From Alphaproteobacteria bacterium (GTDB taxonomy: Bacteria > Pseudomonadota > Alphaproteobacteria > JBFXJJ01), in the NCBI GenBank assembly GCA_050175015.1, contig JBFXJJ010000001.1:160001-224000 (forward strand): 64,000 nucleotides of DNA, in the 5' to 3' direction. Below are positions 38,711-48,828 of the stretch, piece by piece (the first letter of the stretch is position 1; each line of letters begins with the position of its first letter). The notes below the pieces were generated by a model, which searched no databases, was not told the origin of the DNA, and saw nothing but the letters and a program-made list of their open reading frames with translations. A program made the translations under genes and the position numbers.

Positions 38711-39160
38711 GTGGAACAAATAAATAGAATAAGCAATAGCTTTGCTGACAACTCACCTGATCCCATAGATATTTATGTTGGAAAAAGGCTGCGCCTTAGA
38801 AGAAATATTTTAGGTTTGAGCCAAGAACAGCTAGCTAAAAATATTGGAATTTCATTCCAGCAGATTCAAAAATATGAACACGGCACCAACCGCATAAGTG
38901 CTAGCAGATTATATGATATAAGCCGTGTTTTAAAGGTTCCTATTTCTTTTTTCTTTGATGACATTAAAAATGATGCCGAGTTATCAAATCAAAAAGACTG
39001 CGCTTTAACCCTTATCAACAGCAACAGTCTAAATCCTCTAGATCCAATGGATAAAAGTGAGACTTTGGAACTTGTTAATTATTATTGGAAAATATCTAAT
39101 ACCGCTTCCCGCACTAAAATCTTAGAACTTGTCAAAGCTCTAAGTTGCACAACAGGTTAA
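38711..39160 (+). CDS. XRE-family HTH regulator (PhrR/PraR-like)
   Basis: PDPIDIYVGKRLRLRR..LGLSQEQLA..ISFQQIQKYE.G.NRISASRL, VPISFFFD. Confidence 0.88.
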   Translation: MEQINRISNSFADNSPDPIDIYVGKRLRLRRNILGLSQEQLAKNIGISFQQIQKYEHGTNRISASRLYDISRVLKVPISFFFDDIKNDAELSNQKDCALTLINSNSLNPLDPMDKSETLELVNYYWKISNTASRTKILELVKALSCTTG

Positions 39161-39203
39161 TCTTTTCCCCCTCCTTTTGTGATGTATCCTCGTGCGGAAC
39201 TCT

Positions 39204-39248
39204 AAGAGCCTCTTTTTCCCCTAACCCTTATTTAAAGAGGCTCTTTTT
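39204..39248 (+). terminator. Terminator hairpin with large C-rich loop
   Basis: AAGAGCCTCTTT / AAAGAGGCTCTT 12-bp stem, 18-nt loop TTCCCCTAACCCTTATTT, then T-run. Confidence 0.7.
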
Positions 39249-39349
39249 ATTACTCTCATAATCTTTGTAATAAAGCATTACCTTCTAAAAAAACAAAAAA
39301 GATGTTTTTTCCAGTAATTTTGCCTTTAACCTGCTGTATTATGTAGGAA

Positions 39350-40288
39350 TTAATTTAAATTATGATAATACCTGCCGCAAAAAATAGCTTTACGTTCATC
39401 GTGATGCAAAAACTCATTGTAATCAAAATCTTCATCAATCGCTCCAAGCTCTGCAAAAATTTCTTTATACGCTTCTTTTAAAACGCCGTTTATAATTTTA
39501 TCTGCGATGTCTTTTTTTATTCTTTCAGAAAACGAAGAAACATTTTTTTCGACATCATTCTGATTAGACATAGTTAAAACATCGTAGTAGAAATTATTGC
39601 TGTATAAGGCATTTCTAATTTTTTCTTCGATGAATGGCAAATAGTCTAAAATAACTTGCAGCTGGTTAGCTGCGTGGATTAATTCGTGTCTTAAGGTAAA
39701 ATAATAATCACAAGTTTGACTCTTTATATCTTGAGATAGATAGACCGTGCGGTTGATAACGTTTACTTGATATTCAATATGTGAAATATACTGGCAAAAA
39801 TCAAAACTATTGGGAGAAAGTCTTAAATATTCGGTAGAGATTTCAGGTTCAAGCTCAAAGCTAACATCAGTTTTGAATAAACCCATTGTATGCAAATCTT
39901 TAGGTTTAGCATCATATAGTTTGGTTGCGCCTCTTTTTCTTATGCCAGAAAGAACATCTAAATCGTCAGTAAAGGTATTTTCTCTAATTTTAATGGCTGG
40001 AAAATTAATATTTCCCTCAATGGCAAACTTTCGCGGCGATTTGTTTTTACAAGATTTAAATGTTGTCTTGAGTTTTTTATATTTAAAAAAGTTTTCATCA
40101 CTATCTTTGTTATCAGAATAATCATTATCACTAGCTTCTACCAAACAAGCTTCCATTAAATCAACGACATCAGCTAGTTCTACACTTAGATAATCACCTC
40201 TGAAAATATCCACCAATTCATCACAGGTCGAAGCTTTTGCGCTGCTTGTAATTAAAAAAAATAATAAAATTAATGTAATCTTTTTCAT
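39350..40288 (-). CDS. Secreted HExxH putative zinc metallopeptidase
   Basis: Signal peptide (..SAKA); CDYYFTLRHELIHA. Confidence 0.65.
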   Translation of the reverse strand: MKKITLILLFFLITSSAKASTCDELVDIFRGDYLSVELADVVDLMEACLVEASDNDYSDNKDSDENFFKYKKLKTTFKSCKNKSPRKFAIEGNINFPAIKIRENTFTDDLDVLSGIRKRGATKLYDAKPKDLHTMGLFKTDVSFELEPEISTEYLRLSPNSFDFCQYISHIEYQVNVINRTVYLSQDIKSQTCDYYFTLRHELIHAANQLQVILDYLPFIEEKIRNALYSNNFYYDVLTMSNQNDVEKNVSSFSERIKKDIADKIINGVLKEAYKEIFAELGAIDEDFDYNEFLHHDERKAIFCGRYYHNLN

Positions 40289-40311
40289 AACATCCGTTTT
40301 ACTTTTGAACT

Positions 40312-41199
40312 TTAGTTAGAGCAAAAAGAACTCATTCTTTCCTCTCGTTTTGTAGATTCATCATAATCAAACATATTGTTTTGGGTTTGCAGTTCTTCCG
40401 AAATTTTATTTTGAAGTGGCAATAAAATCTCTTGATTAATTTTATATGATATTAAATCATTAAATTTAGTATCTGGTTTTTGCCCTGCCCTTAATTCTTG
40501 ATAATAAAAATTCTCTTTATCAAACGCATTCTTTATTTGGGATTCAATAATAGGTATATACTTTGCAAGTGTTTTTCTACTTATTGAAGCGTGAATTAAT
40601 TCGTGTCTTAACGTAAAGTAATATTCACAGCTTTGTTTTGGGGTATCTTTAGAAACATAAACTAAAAGATCATCATAGCCAGCCTCATAATGGACATTAG
40701 AAATATACTGACAGAATTGCGCTCTGCCAATAGATGACGGGGTAGAAATACTAACTATTTCAGGCTCAATTTTAATACCCAAGTTGCCATACATTAAACC
40801 TTGAGTATGAAATTTTTGAAATTCGGTATCAAAATCTTGGCCAGAATCCTTCATAAACTGTGTTAAATCCTTGGTTGAGGTCTTTTCTCTTATTTTTACT
40901 GTGCCCGCTTTAATTTTGGATATGATATTAAAGGGCTGTGGTCCCGATGGCTTACAGGCAACAGTATTGCTTATTGGCTTGCTTCCATAATCATTATCCG
41001 CCGCTGGAACCGTATCAATATAATTATCATCACGAGATTCAATTAGACATTTATCCATAAAAAGCTTTACTTGACCAATTTTTACGCCCTCACGATTGGC
41101 ACCAAAGACTTGAATAAGCCTGTCGCAAGCGTTAGGAGCAGCCAATACTGGTTTAATGATTAAAAATAGGCTTATTAAAATTGATAAATATATTTTCAT
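40312..41199 (-). CDS. Secreted HExxH putative zinc metallopeptidase (tandem paralog)
   Basis: Signal peptide (..VLA); CEYYFTLRHELIHA; FCQYIS shared with neighbour. Confidence 0.65.
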   Translation of the reverse strand: MKIYLSILISLFLIIKPVLAAPNACDRLIQVFGANREGVKIGQVKLFMDKCLIESRDDNYIDTVPAADNDYGSKPISNTVACKPSGPQPFNIISKIKAGTVKIREKTSTKDLTQFMKDSGQDFDTEFQKFHTQGLMYGNLGIKIEPEIVSISTPSSIGRAQFCQYISNVHYEAGYDDLLVYVSKDTPKQSCEYYFTLRHELIHASISRKTLAKYIPIIESQIKNAFDKENFYYQELRAGQKPDTKFNDLISYKINQEILLPLQNKISEELQTQNNMFDYDESTKREERMSSFCSN

Positions 41200-41254
41200 A
41201 ACTATAAATTATATCATTGTTTTAAAATATTATAATATTTTTTTATCTTAGGCG

Positions 41255-41283
41255 GTTGGCAAATTATTTTCCTGTCACTATAT
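41255..41283 (+). promoter_or_regulatory. RpoH-type promoter of hslVU
   Basis: gTTG-18 nt-ACTATAT. Confidence 0.65.
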
Positions 41284-41322
41284 AAGAACTAATTTAGATT
41301 AAAAAAATTTTAAGGACACCAA

Positions 41323-41868
41323 ATGGATCAAAATTATAATTCATGGCACGGAACAACTATTCTAGCTGTTAGAAAAAATAATGAACTAGTAATGGCTGGC
41401 GACGGTCAAGTAAGCCTTGGTAACACCGTTATTAAAGAAACAGCTGCCAAAGTCAGAAAAATTTGTGCAGGCAAAATCATTGTCGGTTTTGCAGGTGCAA
41501 CCGCTGATGCCTTCACCCTTATGGAACGTCTTGAAGCAAAACTGGAAAAACACGCTCAAAATCTTACGAGAGCCTGTGTGGAACTTGCTAAAGACTGGCG
41601 CACTGATAAATATCTGCGCAAGCTTGAAGCAATGATGATTGTCGCTGATAACGAAAAGACTTTGGTTTTAACTGGAAATGGCGATGTATTAGAACCAGAA
41701 TATGGTGTTGTTGGAATTGGTTCTGGCGGAACTTATGCCTTAGCTGCTGCTAGAGCTTTAATTGATATTGAAAATTTAGGTGCAGAAGAAATTGCTAAAA
41801 AAGCTATGAATATTGCCGCATCTATATGTGTTTATACTAATCAAAATTTTACTATTGAAAAACTTTAA
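41323..41868 (+). CDS. hslV: ATP-dependent protease subunit HslV
   Basis: [30 protein letters not shown]. Confidence 0.97.
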   Translation: MDQNYNSWHGTTILAVRKNNELVMAGDGQVSLGNTVIKETAAKVRKICAGKIIVGFAGATADAFTLMERLEAKLEKHAQNLTRACVELAKDWRTDKYLRKLEAMMIVADNEKTLVLTGNGDVLEPEYGVVGIGSGGTYALAAARALIDIENLGAEEIAKKAMNIAASICVYTNQNFTIEKL

Positions 41869-41881
41869 AAAGAATAAAATC

Positions 41882-43195
41882 ATGAGCAAATCATTTAGTC
41901 CTAGAGAAATCGTTTCCGAATTAGACCGTTATATTGTTGGGCAACAGGAAGCCAAAAAAGCCGTCGCTATCGCCCTTAGAAACCGTTGGCGCAGACAGCA
42001 GCTATCAGATCAACTTAGAGAAGAAGTTCTCCCAAAAAATATTTTAATGGTCGGACCAACTGGCGTTGGAAAAACCGAAATAGCAAGAAGACTCGCCAAA
42101 CTTGCCGATGCTCCTTTTATTAAAGTTGAAGCAACCAAATTTACCGAAGTTGGCTATGTCGGACGTGATGTCGAAAGCATAATTAGAGATTTGACCGAAC
42201 TTGCTATCAATATGATGCGCAAAAAACTTCGCAAAGATGTTAAAAGTAAAGCCGAAATTTTTGCTGAAGAACGGGTTTTAAGTTCTTTAGTGGGAGAAAA
42301 TGCCAGCGAAGAAACCAAACAAAAATTTAGGAAAATGCTGCGTCAAGGCGAACTTGATGACAAATTAATTGAAATTCAAGTTCAAGACAGTTCTTCAAAT
42401 TCAATGCCAACTTTTGATATTCCAGGTATGCCTGGCGCTCAAATGGGTATGATTAATCTTGGCGATATTTTAGGAAAATCATTCGGTTCAAATTTAAAAA
42501 CTAAAAAAATGAAAGTTGCAGAATCTTATGAAATTTTAATCGCAGAAGAAAGCGACAAACTTCTAGATCAAGAAACGGTCATCAAAGAAGCTATTAAGTC
42601 TGTTGAAAATGACGGCATTGTTTTTATTGATGAAGTCGATAAAATCTGCTCCACATCTGAAAAAAGAAGCGCTGATGTTTCAAGAGAAGGCGTTCAACGT
42701 GATTTATTGCCATTGCTAGAAGGCACAACGGTTTCAACTAAACACGGTTTAGTTAAAACTGATCATATTTTATTTATTGCCTCTGGTGCTTTTCATCTTT
42801 CAAAACCTGCTGATTTGCTGCCAGAGCTTCAAGGCAGACTTCCAACAAGAGTAGAACTTAAAGCCTTAACTGAAGATGACTTTATAAAAATTTTAAAAGA
42901 GCCTGAAGCTAACTTAATCACACAATACAAGGCTTTGATGGCAACTGAAAATTTTGAGCTAAACTTTGAAGAAGATACCATTAAGGAAATAGCTAAAGTT
43001 TCGGCTGAAATCAATAATACCGTTGAAAACATTGGAGCAAGACGACTTCAAACCGTTATGGAACGTCTTTTGGAAGATATAAGTTTTGATGCTTCAGATA
43101 AATCGGGTCAAAATTTTACCGTAACATCGGATATGGTTAGAGAAAAGGTTGGACAGCTTACTGCGAGTTCTGACTTATCTAAATTTATTCTTTAA
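41882..43195 (+). CDS. hslU: ATP-dependent protease ATPase HslU
   Basis: [37 protein letters not shown]. Confidence 0.97.
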   Translation: MSKSFSPREIVSELDRYIVGQQEAKKAVAIALRNRWRRQQLSDQLREEVLPKNILMVGPTGVGKTEIARRLAKLADAPFIKVEATKFTEVGYVGRDVESIIRDLTELAINMMRKKLRKDVKSKAEIFAEERVLSSLVGENASEETKQKFRKMLRQGELDDKLIEIQVQDSSSNSMPTFDIPGMPGAQMGMINLGDILGKSFGSNLKTKKMKVAESYEILIAEESDKLLDQETVIKEAIKSVENDGIVFIDEVDKICSTSEKRSADVSREGVQRDLLPLLEGTTVSTKHGLVKTDHILFIASGAFHLSKPADLLPELQGRLPTRVELKALTEDDFIKILKEPEANLITQYKALMATENFELNFEEDTIKEIAKVSAEINNTVENIGARRLQTVMERLLEDISFDASDKSGQNFTVTSDMVREKVGQLTASSDLSKFIL

Positions 43196-43289
43196 GATAA
43201 AAGATACCTAAAAATACTAGAGTTTTATAGACAGTTAAAGCTCTAAATGAGATATTATTGCGAAACAGAAATAAAAAAATAATAACACT

Positions 43290-45089
43290 ATGATTGATAA
43301 TATTAACCTTGCCATCTTAGTTATATCTTTTCTTATAACTATCAGTATCTTAACAAGTATAATATCAATGCGCTTTGGGGCTCCTTTGCTGCTGATATTC
43401 TTACTAATCGGGTTTATTGCTGGTGAAGATGGACCAGGAAGAATCTATTTCAACAATTCTCCTATCGCTTATCTAATCGGAACTCTTTCTCTAGTTATTA
43501 TTCTCTTCGACAGCGGTTTTTCTACTAAAATAAAAAGTTGGAAAAACGCTGCACCACCCGCTCTTACTCTCTCAACCTTAGGAGTTATCCTGACAACGTT
43601 GATTGTTGGTTATGCAACTCATATCTTGGCTGGTTTCTCTTGGCCCGTCGCATTTCTTACGGGATCTATAGTTAGTTCAACCGATGCGGCAGCGGTATTT
43701 TTTCTTCTCCGAGCTGGTGGTATCCAAATTAAGGAAAAAGTAAAGTCTACACTAGAGCTAGAATCGGGAAGCAACGATCCGATGGCTATTCTTTTAACTT
43801 TTTTCTTTTTAGAAATGAGCCTTAATCAAATTTCTCAAGGAAATATTATTGTAAATTTGGTTGAAATCTTTTTAAAACAAATCGGGCTCGGTCTATTTTT
43901 AGGTTTTATCGGGGCTCATATTATTATCAAACTGGTAAATACTTTAAAAATCGAAGTCGAGCTTTACCCTCTAATTGTATTATGTCTTGTTTTTGTGTTG
44001 TTTGCTCTGGTTTCTCTTGCTGGTGGTAGTGGTTTTCTTGCCGTTTACGTTGCAGGAATTATTACTGGCAATGCACAGATGAGAGTTGTCGGTATGATTC
44101 ATCGTTTTCATAATGTAATGACTTGGCTTGGTCAAATATTTATGTTCCTAACCCTAGGTTTACTAGCGACGCCTTCCCAATTCCTAGATGTTTTGGGGGC
44201 TGCAATAATGATTGCTTTTGTTTTAATATTCATTGCCCGTCCGCTGGCGGTTTGGCTTTGTTTAAAACCTTTTGATTTTAATAATAATGAAACGGCTTTT
44301 TTATCTTGGGTTGGTTTAAGAGGAGCCGTTTCTATTCTGTTAGCTATTTTGCCAAGAATTTATAATATTCCTGAAAGTCTTGCTTTATTCAATATTGCTT
44401 TTGTTGTTGTTCTTACGTCTTTATTAATTCAAGGCTGGACAATAAAATCTATGGCTAAAATAATGCGTTTAATTATTCCACCCAAAATCGGAGAAGTAGA
44501 ACGTATTGAGCTTGACTTACCTAATAAAAATGATCTGGAGCTAGTTAGTTATAATGTTCATCAAGAAAGCGCTGCTGCTAATGGTCAAAAAATACCAAAA
44601 TGGGTAAAACCTGCTTTAATCATACGTAATAACACCATTCTAAGCCAGCCCAAATCGGGTAAATTACAACCTAACGATCAAATTTATATTTTTGCTTCTC
44701 CTAACCAAATAAAACTTTTAGATAAACTCTTTGCTCGTCCAGCTAATACAGAAGAAAATGATTTTTTAGAAGATTTCATTATAAAAGCTGATGCTTCTAT
44801 GAAAACACTTGCTGATACTTATGGTATTAGTATTGAAAACATAGACCAAGATATAACGGTTGGCGAATATCTTGAACAAAAACTTGAAAACCAATTTGAA
44901 GAAGGTGATTGGTTATCCTTAGGAAGCATTGAAATAATTATTCGTAGTTTAGATGATAATCATAAAATAGCCGAAATTGGTTTGCTTTTAGATATAACCA
45001 AACCAGATAACAATAATTTATTAGCTGTTATTTGGCAGATAATAAAAAAGTTTTTTATAACTAAAATAAAATTAAAATCTAAAAAATAA
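43290..45089 (+). CDS. cvrA: K+/H+ antiporter CvrA/NhaP2
   Basis: GEDGPG, SSTDAAAVF, LESGSNDPMA, WVGLRGAV, C-terminal CorC-like domain. Confidence 0.9.
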   Translation: MIDNINLAILVISFLITISILTSIISMRFGAPLLLIFLLIGFIAGEDGPGRIYFNNSPIAYLIGTLSLVIILFDSGFSTKIKSWKNAAPPALTLSTLGVILTTLIVGYATHILAGFSWPVAFLTGSIVSSTDAAAVFFLLRAGGIQIKEKVKSTLELESGSNDPMAILLTFFFLEMSLNQISQGNIIVNLVEIFLKQIGLGLFLGFIGAHIIIKLVNTLKIEVELYPLIVLCLVFVLFALVSLAGGSGFLAVYVAGIITGNAQMRVVGMIHRFHNVMTWLGQIFMFLTLGLLATPSQFLDVLGAAIMIAFVLIFIARPLAVWLCLKPFDFNNNETAFLSWVGLRGAVSILLAILPRIYNIPESLALFNIAFVVVLTSLLIQGWTIKSMAKIMRLIIPPKIGEVERIELDLPNKNDLELVSYNVHQESAAANGQKIPKWVKPALIIRNNTILSQPKSGKLQPNDQIYIFASPNQIKLLDKLFARPANTEENDFLEDFIIKADASMKTLADTYGISIENIDQDITVGEYLEQKLENQFEEGDWLSLGSIEIIIRSLDDNHKIAEIGLLLDITKPDNNNLLAVIWQIIKKFFITKIKLKSKK

Positions 45090-45092
45090 TTC

Positions 45093-45160
45093 TTTTAAAG
45101 ATTGCTAAGGATTTTTTTAAAAAACCCTTAATTTGCAAAACAATTTTTGCCTTAAGGCAA
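45093..45160 (-). repeat. Dispersed modular repeat (copy 4; modules C and B)
   Basis: TTTTAAAGATTGCTAAGGATTTTTTTAAAAAACCCTTAATTTGCAAAACAAT then TTTTGCCTTAAGGCAA. Confidence 0.75.
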
Positions 45161-45208
45161 CTCAAGAAATTACAGATGAGTGAACATTATTCCAAAAAAG
45201 ATAAAAAA

Positions 45209-45571
45209 TTATTCGTTTTTAGCATCTTTAACTATGTTAATTAGCGTAATTAACGTATCAATCGATAATTGATCTATTTTTTTTGAGGTCAAATTAGCAA
45301 AAATAGTAGCATATGGCGATAAACCTGAAGTATCAATAACAACTCTGGGATCAGAAATAGAAACCAAACTTTCAATTTCATCAGCTTCTTCCCAGATAAT
45401 GTCAAAATAACCGCAGATCTGCTTAATAAAACCAGGACCTGGTTTACCCTTTTTTCCATGCTCCAAAGCCGAAAGATACGCAGCCGAAACACCTAAATCA
45501 TCAGCCATCTTTTTCTGACTAATGTTTCTTTGCTTTCTTATTTCTCTAATTTTTACACCAAATGGAGTCAT
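45209..45571 (-). CDS. XRE-family HTH regulator
   Basis: MTPFG, SQK.MA..LGVSAAYLSALEHG, IDTSGLSP. Confidence 0.88.
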   Translation of the reverse strand: MTPFGVKIREIRKQRNISQKKMADDLGVSAAYLSALEHGKKGKPGPGFIKQICGYFDIIWEEADEIESLVSISDPRVVIDTSGLSPYATIFANLTSKKIDQLSIDTLITLINIVKDAKNE

Positions 45572-45695
45572 AAAACCAAACCCAAATATCTCGCTTTATT
45601 AATCAGCAAAATTTGTTCAATAGATAATTTTTAAGCACTTATTTTAAATTAATTCTGCTTTTATAGCTAAATATTAACTTATATTAAGTTAATAA

Positions 45696-46250
45696 TCAAA
45701 TATTTTCTCGGTTTTTTCTTAGAACAACATAAAAAGCACCGTCTCCGCCTTGGCTTGGTTTAGCGTTGGTTATATGCAGTATCATTTTATCAAATTTACT
45801 TTCACCGAGCCATTTGGGCAGCATTTGTCTTAAAATCCCGCTGCCTTCCAAGTCCTTACCTTTGCCAGTAATAATTAGAAGATTTCTAACACCTCTAAGC
45901 CAATTTTGTTCCACAAAACGGCACAGTCTATCATACGCCATATTTTGTGTTAATCCGTGAAGATCAAGTTTAGCTTCTGTTTTTAAGCCTTTTTTCTTTA
46001 TTTCTCTAGCTTTCTTAGTATCAATGCTTACCCTTTTGGCGGTTTCATTTCGCTTTCGTTCTTTTCTTATTAAAAGGCTTTTTTTGGCAGCCAAATTTTC
46101 AACATCAGTGATTTCTTTTTCCTCTAAAATAGAGGAAATATCATCGGTTTCAATCGGGTCTATACTATTTTTATGAAGCGGCTTTACATCTTTAACAAAT
46201 TCGTGCCAAAGTTTTTTTTCTTCTTGTGATATTTTTTTAGTTCTAGTCAT
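45696..46250 (-). CDS. Smr/MutS2 domain protein
   Basis: LDLHG, LIITGKG, GILR..LPKWL, GGDGAFYV; start set to MTRTKK. Confidence 0.88.
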   Translation of the reverse strand: MTRTKKISQEEKKLWHEFVKDVKPLHKNSIDPIETDDISSILEEKEITDVENLAAKKSLLIRKERKRNETAKRVSIDTKKAREIKKKGLKTEAKLDLHGLTQNMAYDRLCRFVEQNWLRGVRNLLIITGKGKDLEGSGILRQMLPKWLGESKFDKMILHITNAKPSQGGDGAFYVVLRKNRENI

Positions 46251-46863
46251 AAAAGTCTGGATCTTCTGGAGCAAAATGAGGCTGAGCCCTATTTTTCTTC
46301 GGAGCTTTTGCCTTTTGTTTCTCGTTTCTGTTTTCTTTAGCGCTTTCATTCGTAAGCATTTTAAGCTTAGCTGGTGCCTCTAATTCTTTAGGCTTTTCTT
46401 GACTTTGAGTCAAAACTTTTTTCTCAATCATTAAGTCAGCAAAATTAATTACAACAAAATCACGCCAATCGTCTTCATATGATTTACAAACTATTCTAGG
46501 ATTAGAAGCAACTTTAATGGTAACGCCCCTAAACTGCCACATTTTATTCCAGTTATTAATATCATTGATACTATAAAACAAAACCCTTTGTTTCATTATA
46601 TCCTGCATAAAAAATGGAAACACTTTTATGTAGCTTATAACACCAGCCAAAAGAATTAATATCCCAGAAATAGCACCTGATGAAAACATCATAACCAATG
46701 AAAAAACCGCCACGAATAACAAGGGCAAAATGTTTTCCCAAGGATTAAAAAAAGGAGAATTCTTACGATTTAGCTGCTTAAAATTAATATATATCTGCGC
46801 TTTTCCATCAATAAGAGCTGTTTTCATAGCTTTAAATTTTAGAATATCAGCACGGTTTATCAT
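46243..46863 (-). CDS. Hypothetical membrane protein
   Basis: Two hydrophobic helices; lies in the mltA-smr operon. Confidence 0.65.
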   Translation of the reverse strand: MINRADILKFKAMKTALIDGKAQIYINFKQLNRKNSPFFNPWENILPLLFVAVFSLVMMFSSGAISGILILLAGVISYIKVFPFFMQDIMKQRVLFYSINDINNWNKMWQFRGVTIKVASNPRIVCKSYEDDWRDFVVINFADLMIEKKVLTQSQEKPKELEAPAKLKMLTNESAKENRNEKQKAKAPKKNRAQPHFAPEDPDFYD

Positions 46864-46874
46864 AATAATTAACC

Positions 46875-48017
46875 TTATTTTGGTAAAATTACATAATAAG
46901 TGCCAGAACTTTTCATTCTGCCCGCATTATAAAAGGCTTCGTCTCCATAGCCCCAAAAGAAATCTCCCCTGACCGAACCTTTAATTGCTGAACCAACGTC
47001 TTGAGCAACAACCATTTTATTCATTTTATTGCCATCAGGATCTACGGTATTAAGCCACAAAGGCAAACCAAGCGGAATATATCTGCGGTCAACCGCTAAG
47101 CTTCTTTTCGCTGTGAGCGGTACTTTTTGAGCTCCAAGCGGACCTTCGCCTTCATATGTCCTAAAAAAGATATATCTAGGATTTCTAGCCATAAGTTCTT
47201 CTGCCTCTTTAGGATTTTTTCTAAGCCAGTCTCTAATATGTACCATAGATGCTTCACCTGGCTTTAAAAGACCATCTTTAGTCATTATTGAGCCTATGCC
47301 AATAAAGCCGTGTCCATTGTTTCCTGCATAACCAACTCTTACAGTTTTGCCATCTGGAAGGGTTGCTATTCCTGAACCTTGAATATGAAGGATAAAAGCG
47401 TCAACAGGATCATCAACCCATAGTACAACAGGAGCCTCGATACCTTTCTTTTCAATATCTTCTCTTGTAAAATAAGGCACGAGCCTTTGATTTTCTACCC
47501 TTCCAAAAAGCTCTGTATTAACCAAATTTTGGTTAAATTGAGCGGGATTAAAGAAAATCATATCTTTCGGCTGACCATATAACGGGTATTTATATTTTTC
47601 TGTTTTCTTAAACGAACCGTTTAAACTGGCTTCATAATATCCTGTAAAAACACCAGTTTTAGTCTCACTGGCATCATTATCTATTATGGTATAGGGCTGA
47701 AAATATTTCTCAAAATAGGTTCTAATTGCCACATCTTCTGGCTGAAGCTCCTTTATATCCTTACATAGTTTCTGCCAAACATCTACTTTCTGCTCAATCA
47801 AAGAGCTGTCCAGTTTAGAATCTGAATCTTTTTTTAAAATTGCATCACAGGAATAAACAAGCGCAGGAAAAACCTCGTTTAAATTATCATTTTTCCAGCC
47901 TTCTAAGTCACTAAAAGCCATAGGTTTTAACGAAATATTCTCTAATCCTGTTTCAAGCTCTGGTTTTTTACCGCAAGATGTTAGTAAAAGAGAAAAAATT
48001 AGAATATATTTTAACAT
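46875..48017 (-). CDS. mltA: Membrane-bound lytic murein transglycosylase A
   Basis: Lipobox LTSC; FTGYYE, HIQGSG, NPRYIFF, AVD, AQDVGSAIKG..RGDFFWG. Confidence 0.95.
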   Translation of the reverse strand: MLKYILIFSLLLTSCGKKPELETGLENISLKPMAFSDLEGWKNDNLNEVFPALVYSCDAILKKDSDSKLDSSLIEQKVDVWQKLCKDIKELQPEDVAIRTYFEKYFQPYTIIDNDASETKTGVFTGYYEASLNGSFKKTEKYKYPLYGQPKDMIFFNPAQFNQNLVNTELFGRVENQRLVPYFTREDIEKKGIEAPVVLWVDDPVDAFILHIQGSGIATLPDGKTVRVGYAGNNGHGFIGIGSIMTKDGLLKPGEASMVHIRDWLRKNPKEAEELMARNPRYIFFRTYEGEGPLGAQKVPLTAKRSLAVDRRYIPLGLPLWLNTVDPDGNKMNKMVVAQDVGSAIKGSVRGDFFWGYGDEAFYNAGRMKSSGTYYVILPK

Positions 48018-48022
48018 AAAAA

Positions 48023-48679
48023 TTAAACACTTCTGGTTGCTGTAAGCTTCCAATTGGGGCTTTTAGAATTAATATCTCTGTTAAACGTCCAAATATCGGT
48101 TATATTTTCAACATAGTTAGGATCGCCTGTAATAACTTCACCAGCGCTGTTTTTAATGATATTTATTTGTTCGCTTTCAAATTTAACTGTTATTTTAGCT
48201 TCTGTTCCGATTACATCTGAAGACATTATTTGGACTTTTTCAAACCCAATAAGCTGACATTCCATAGTTTCATTATTCTTTTCACGGTTTTCAATCGAGT
48301 TAATAAAACTCTTAAGAACATCATCGCCTAATAGCATTTCTAATGTTTTAACATCACCATCGGCATAAGCTTTAATAATCATATCGAAAGCGATTTTAGC
48401 CCCTTCTAAAAATTCTTTTTCATCAAAATTTTTATCTTTTTCTGCAATACTGCTGATTAACGGATTGCTAGGTGTTTCTTTTTTATCAATAGGCTTTAAG
48501 TCGATAATATTATTTTCTTCTATATCTGATATCTTTATATCCAATATATTATCTTTTTTATTCTTAGACGCATCTTCATCTTCTGGGCGTGTGCCTAAAA
48601 CACTGCGTAATCTGCTTATCAGAAGTACGGCTATAACAAATAGAATGATAATGTCAAAAAACTGAGGACCTGAACTCAT
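48023..48679 (-). CDS. Tim44/TimA family protein
   Basis: RLRSVLGTR, FLEGAK.AF.MI..AYA.GD, DIWTF, PNWKL. Confidence 0.9.
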   Translation of the reverse strand: MSSGPQFFDIIILFVIAVLLISRLRSVLGTRPEDEDASKNKKDNILDIKISDIEENNIIDLKPIDKKETPSNPLISSIAEKDKNFDEKEFLEGAKIAFDMIIKAYADGDVKTLEMLLGDDVLKSFINSIENREKNNETMECQLIGFEKVQIMSSDVIGTEAKITVKFESEQINIIKNSAGEVITGDPNYVENITDIWTFNRDINSKSPNWKLTATRSV

Positions 48680-48828
48680 TAAAATTTCTCCAAATTTTTC
48701 TGAACTTTTAAAATAACAATATATACATTATTTGTTGAAAGATAAAACCTTATTAACATACTTGAGTTTAAATTTTAATAATGTTAGAGTTTTTGGAATT
48801 TTTAAATATTAGAATTTTGGAGAATCTT

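Noticed and set aside
45696-46349. Long N-terminal extension of the Smr protein (and similar extensions of hslU, mltA, secB, modE)
   Set aside because: The extensions overlap upstream genes or lack an RBS; downstream ATGs fit family N-termini better.
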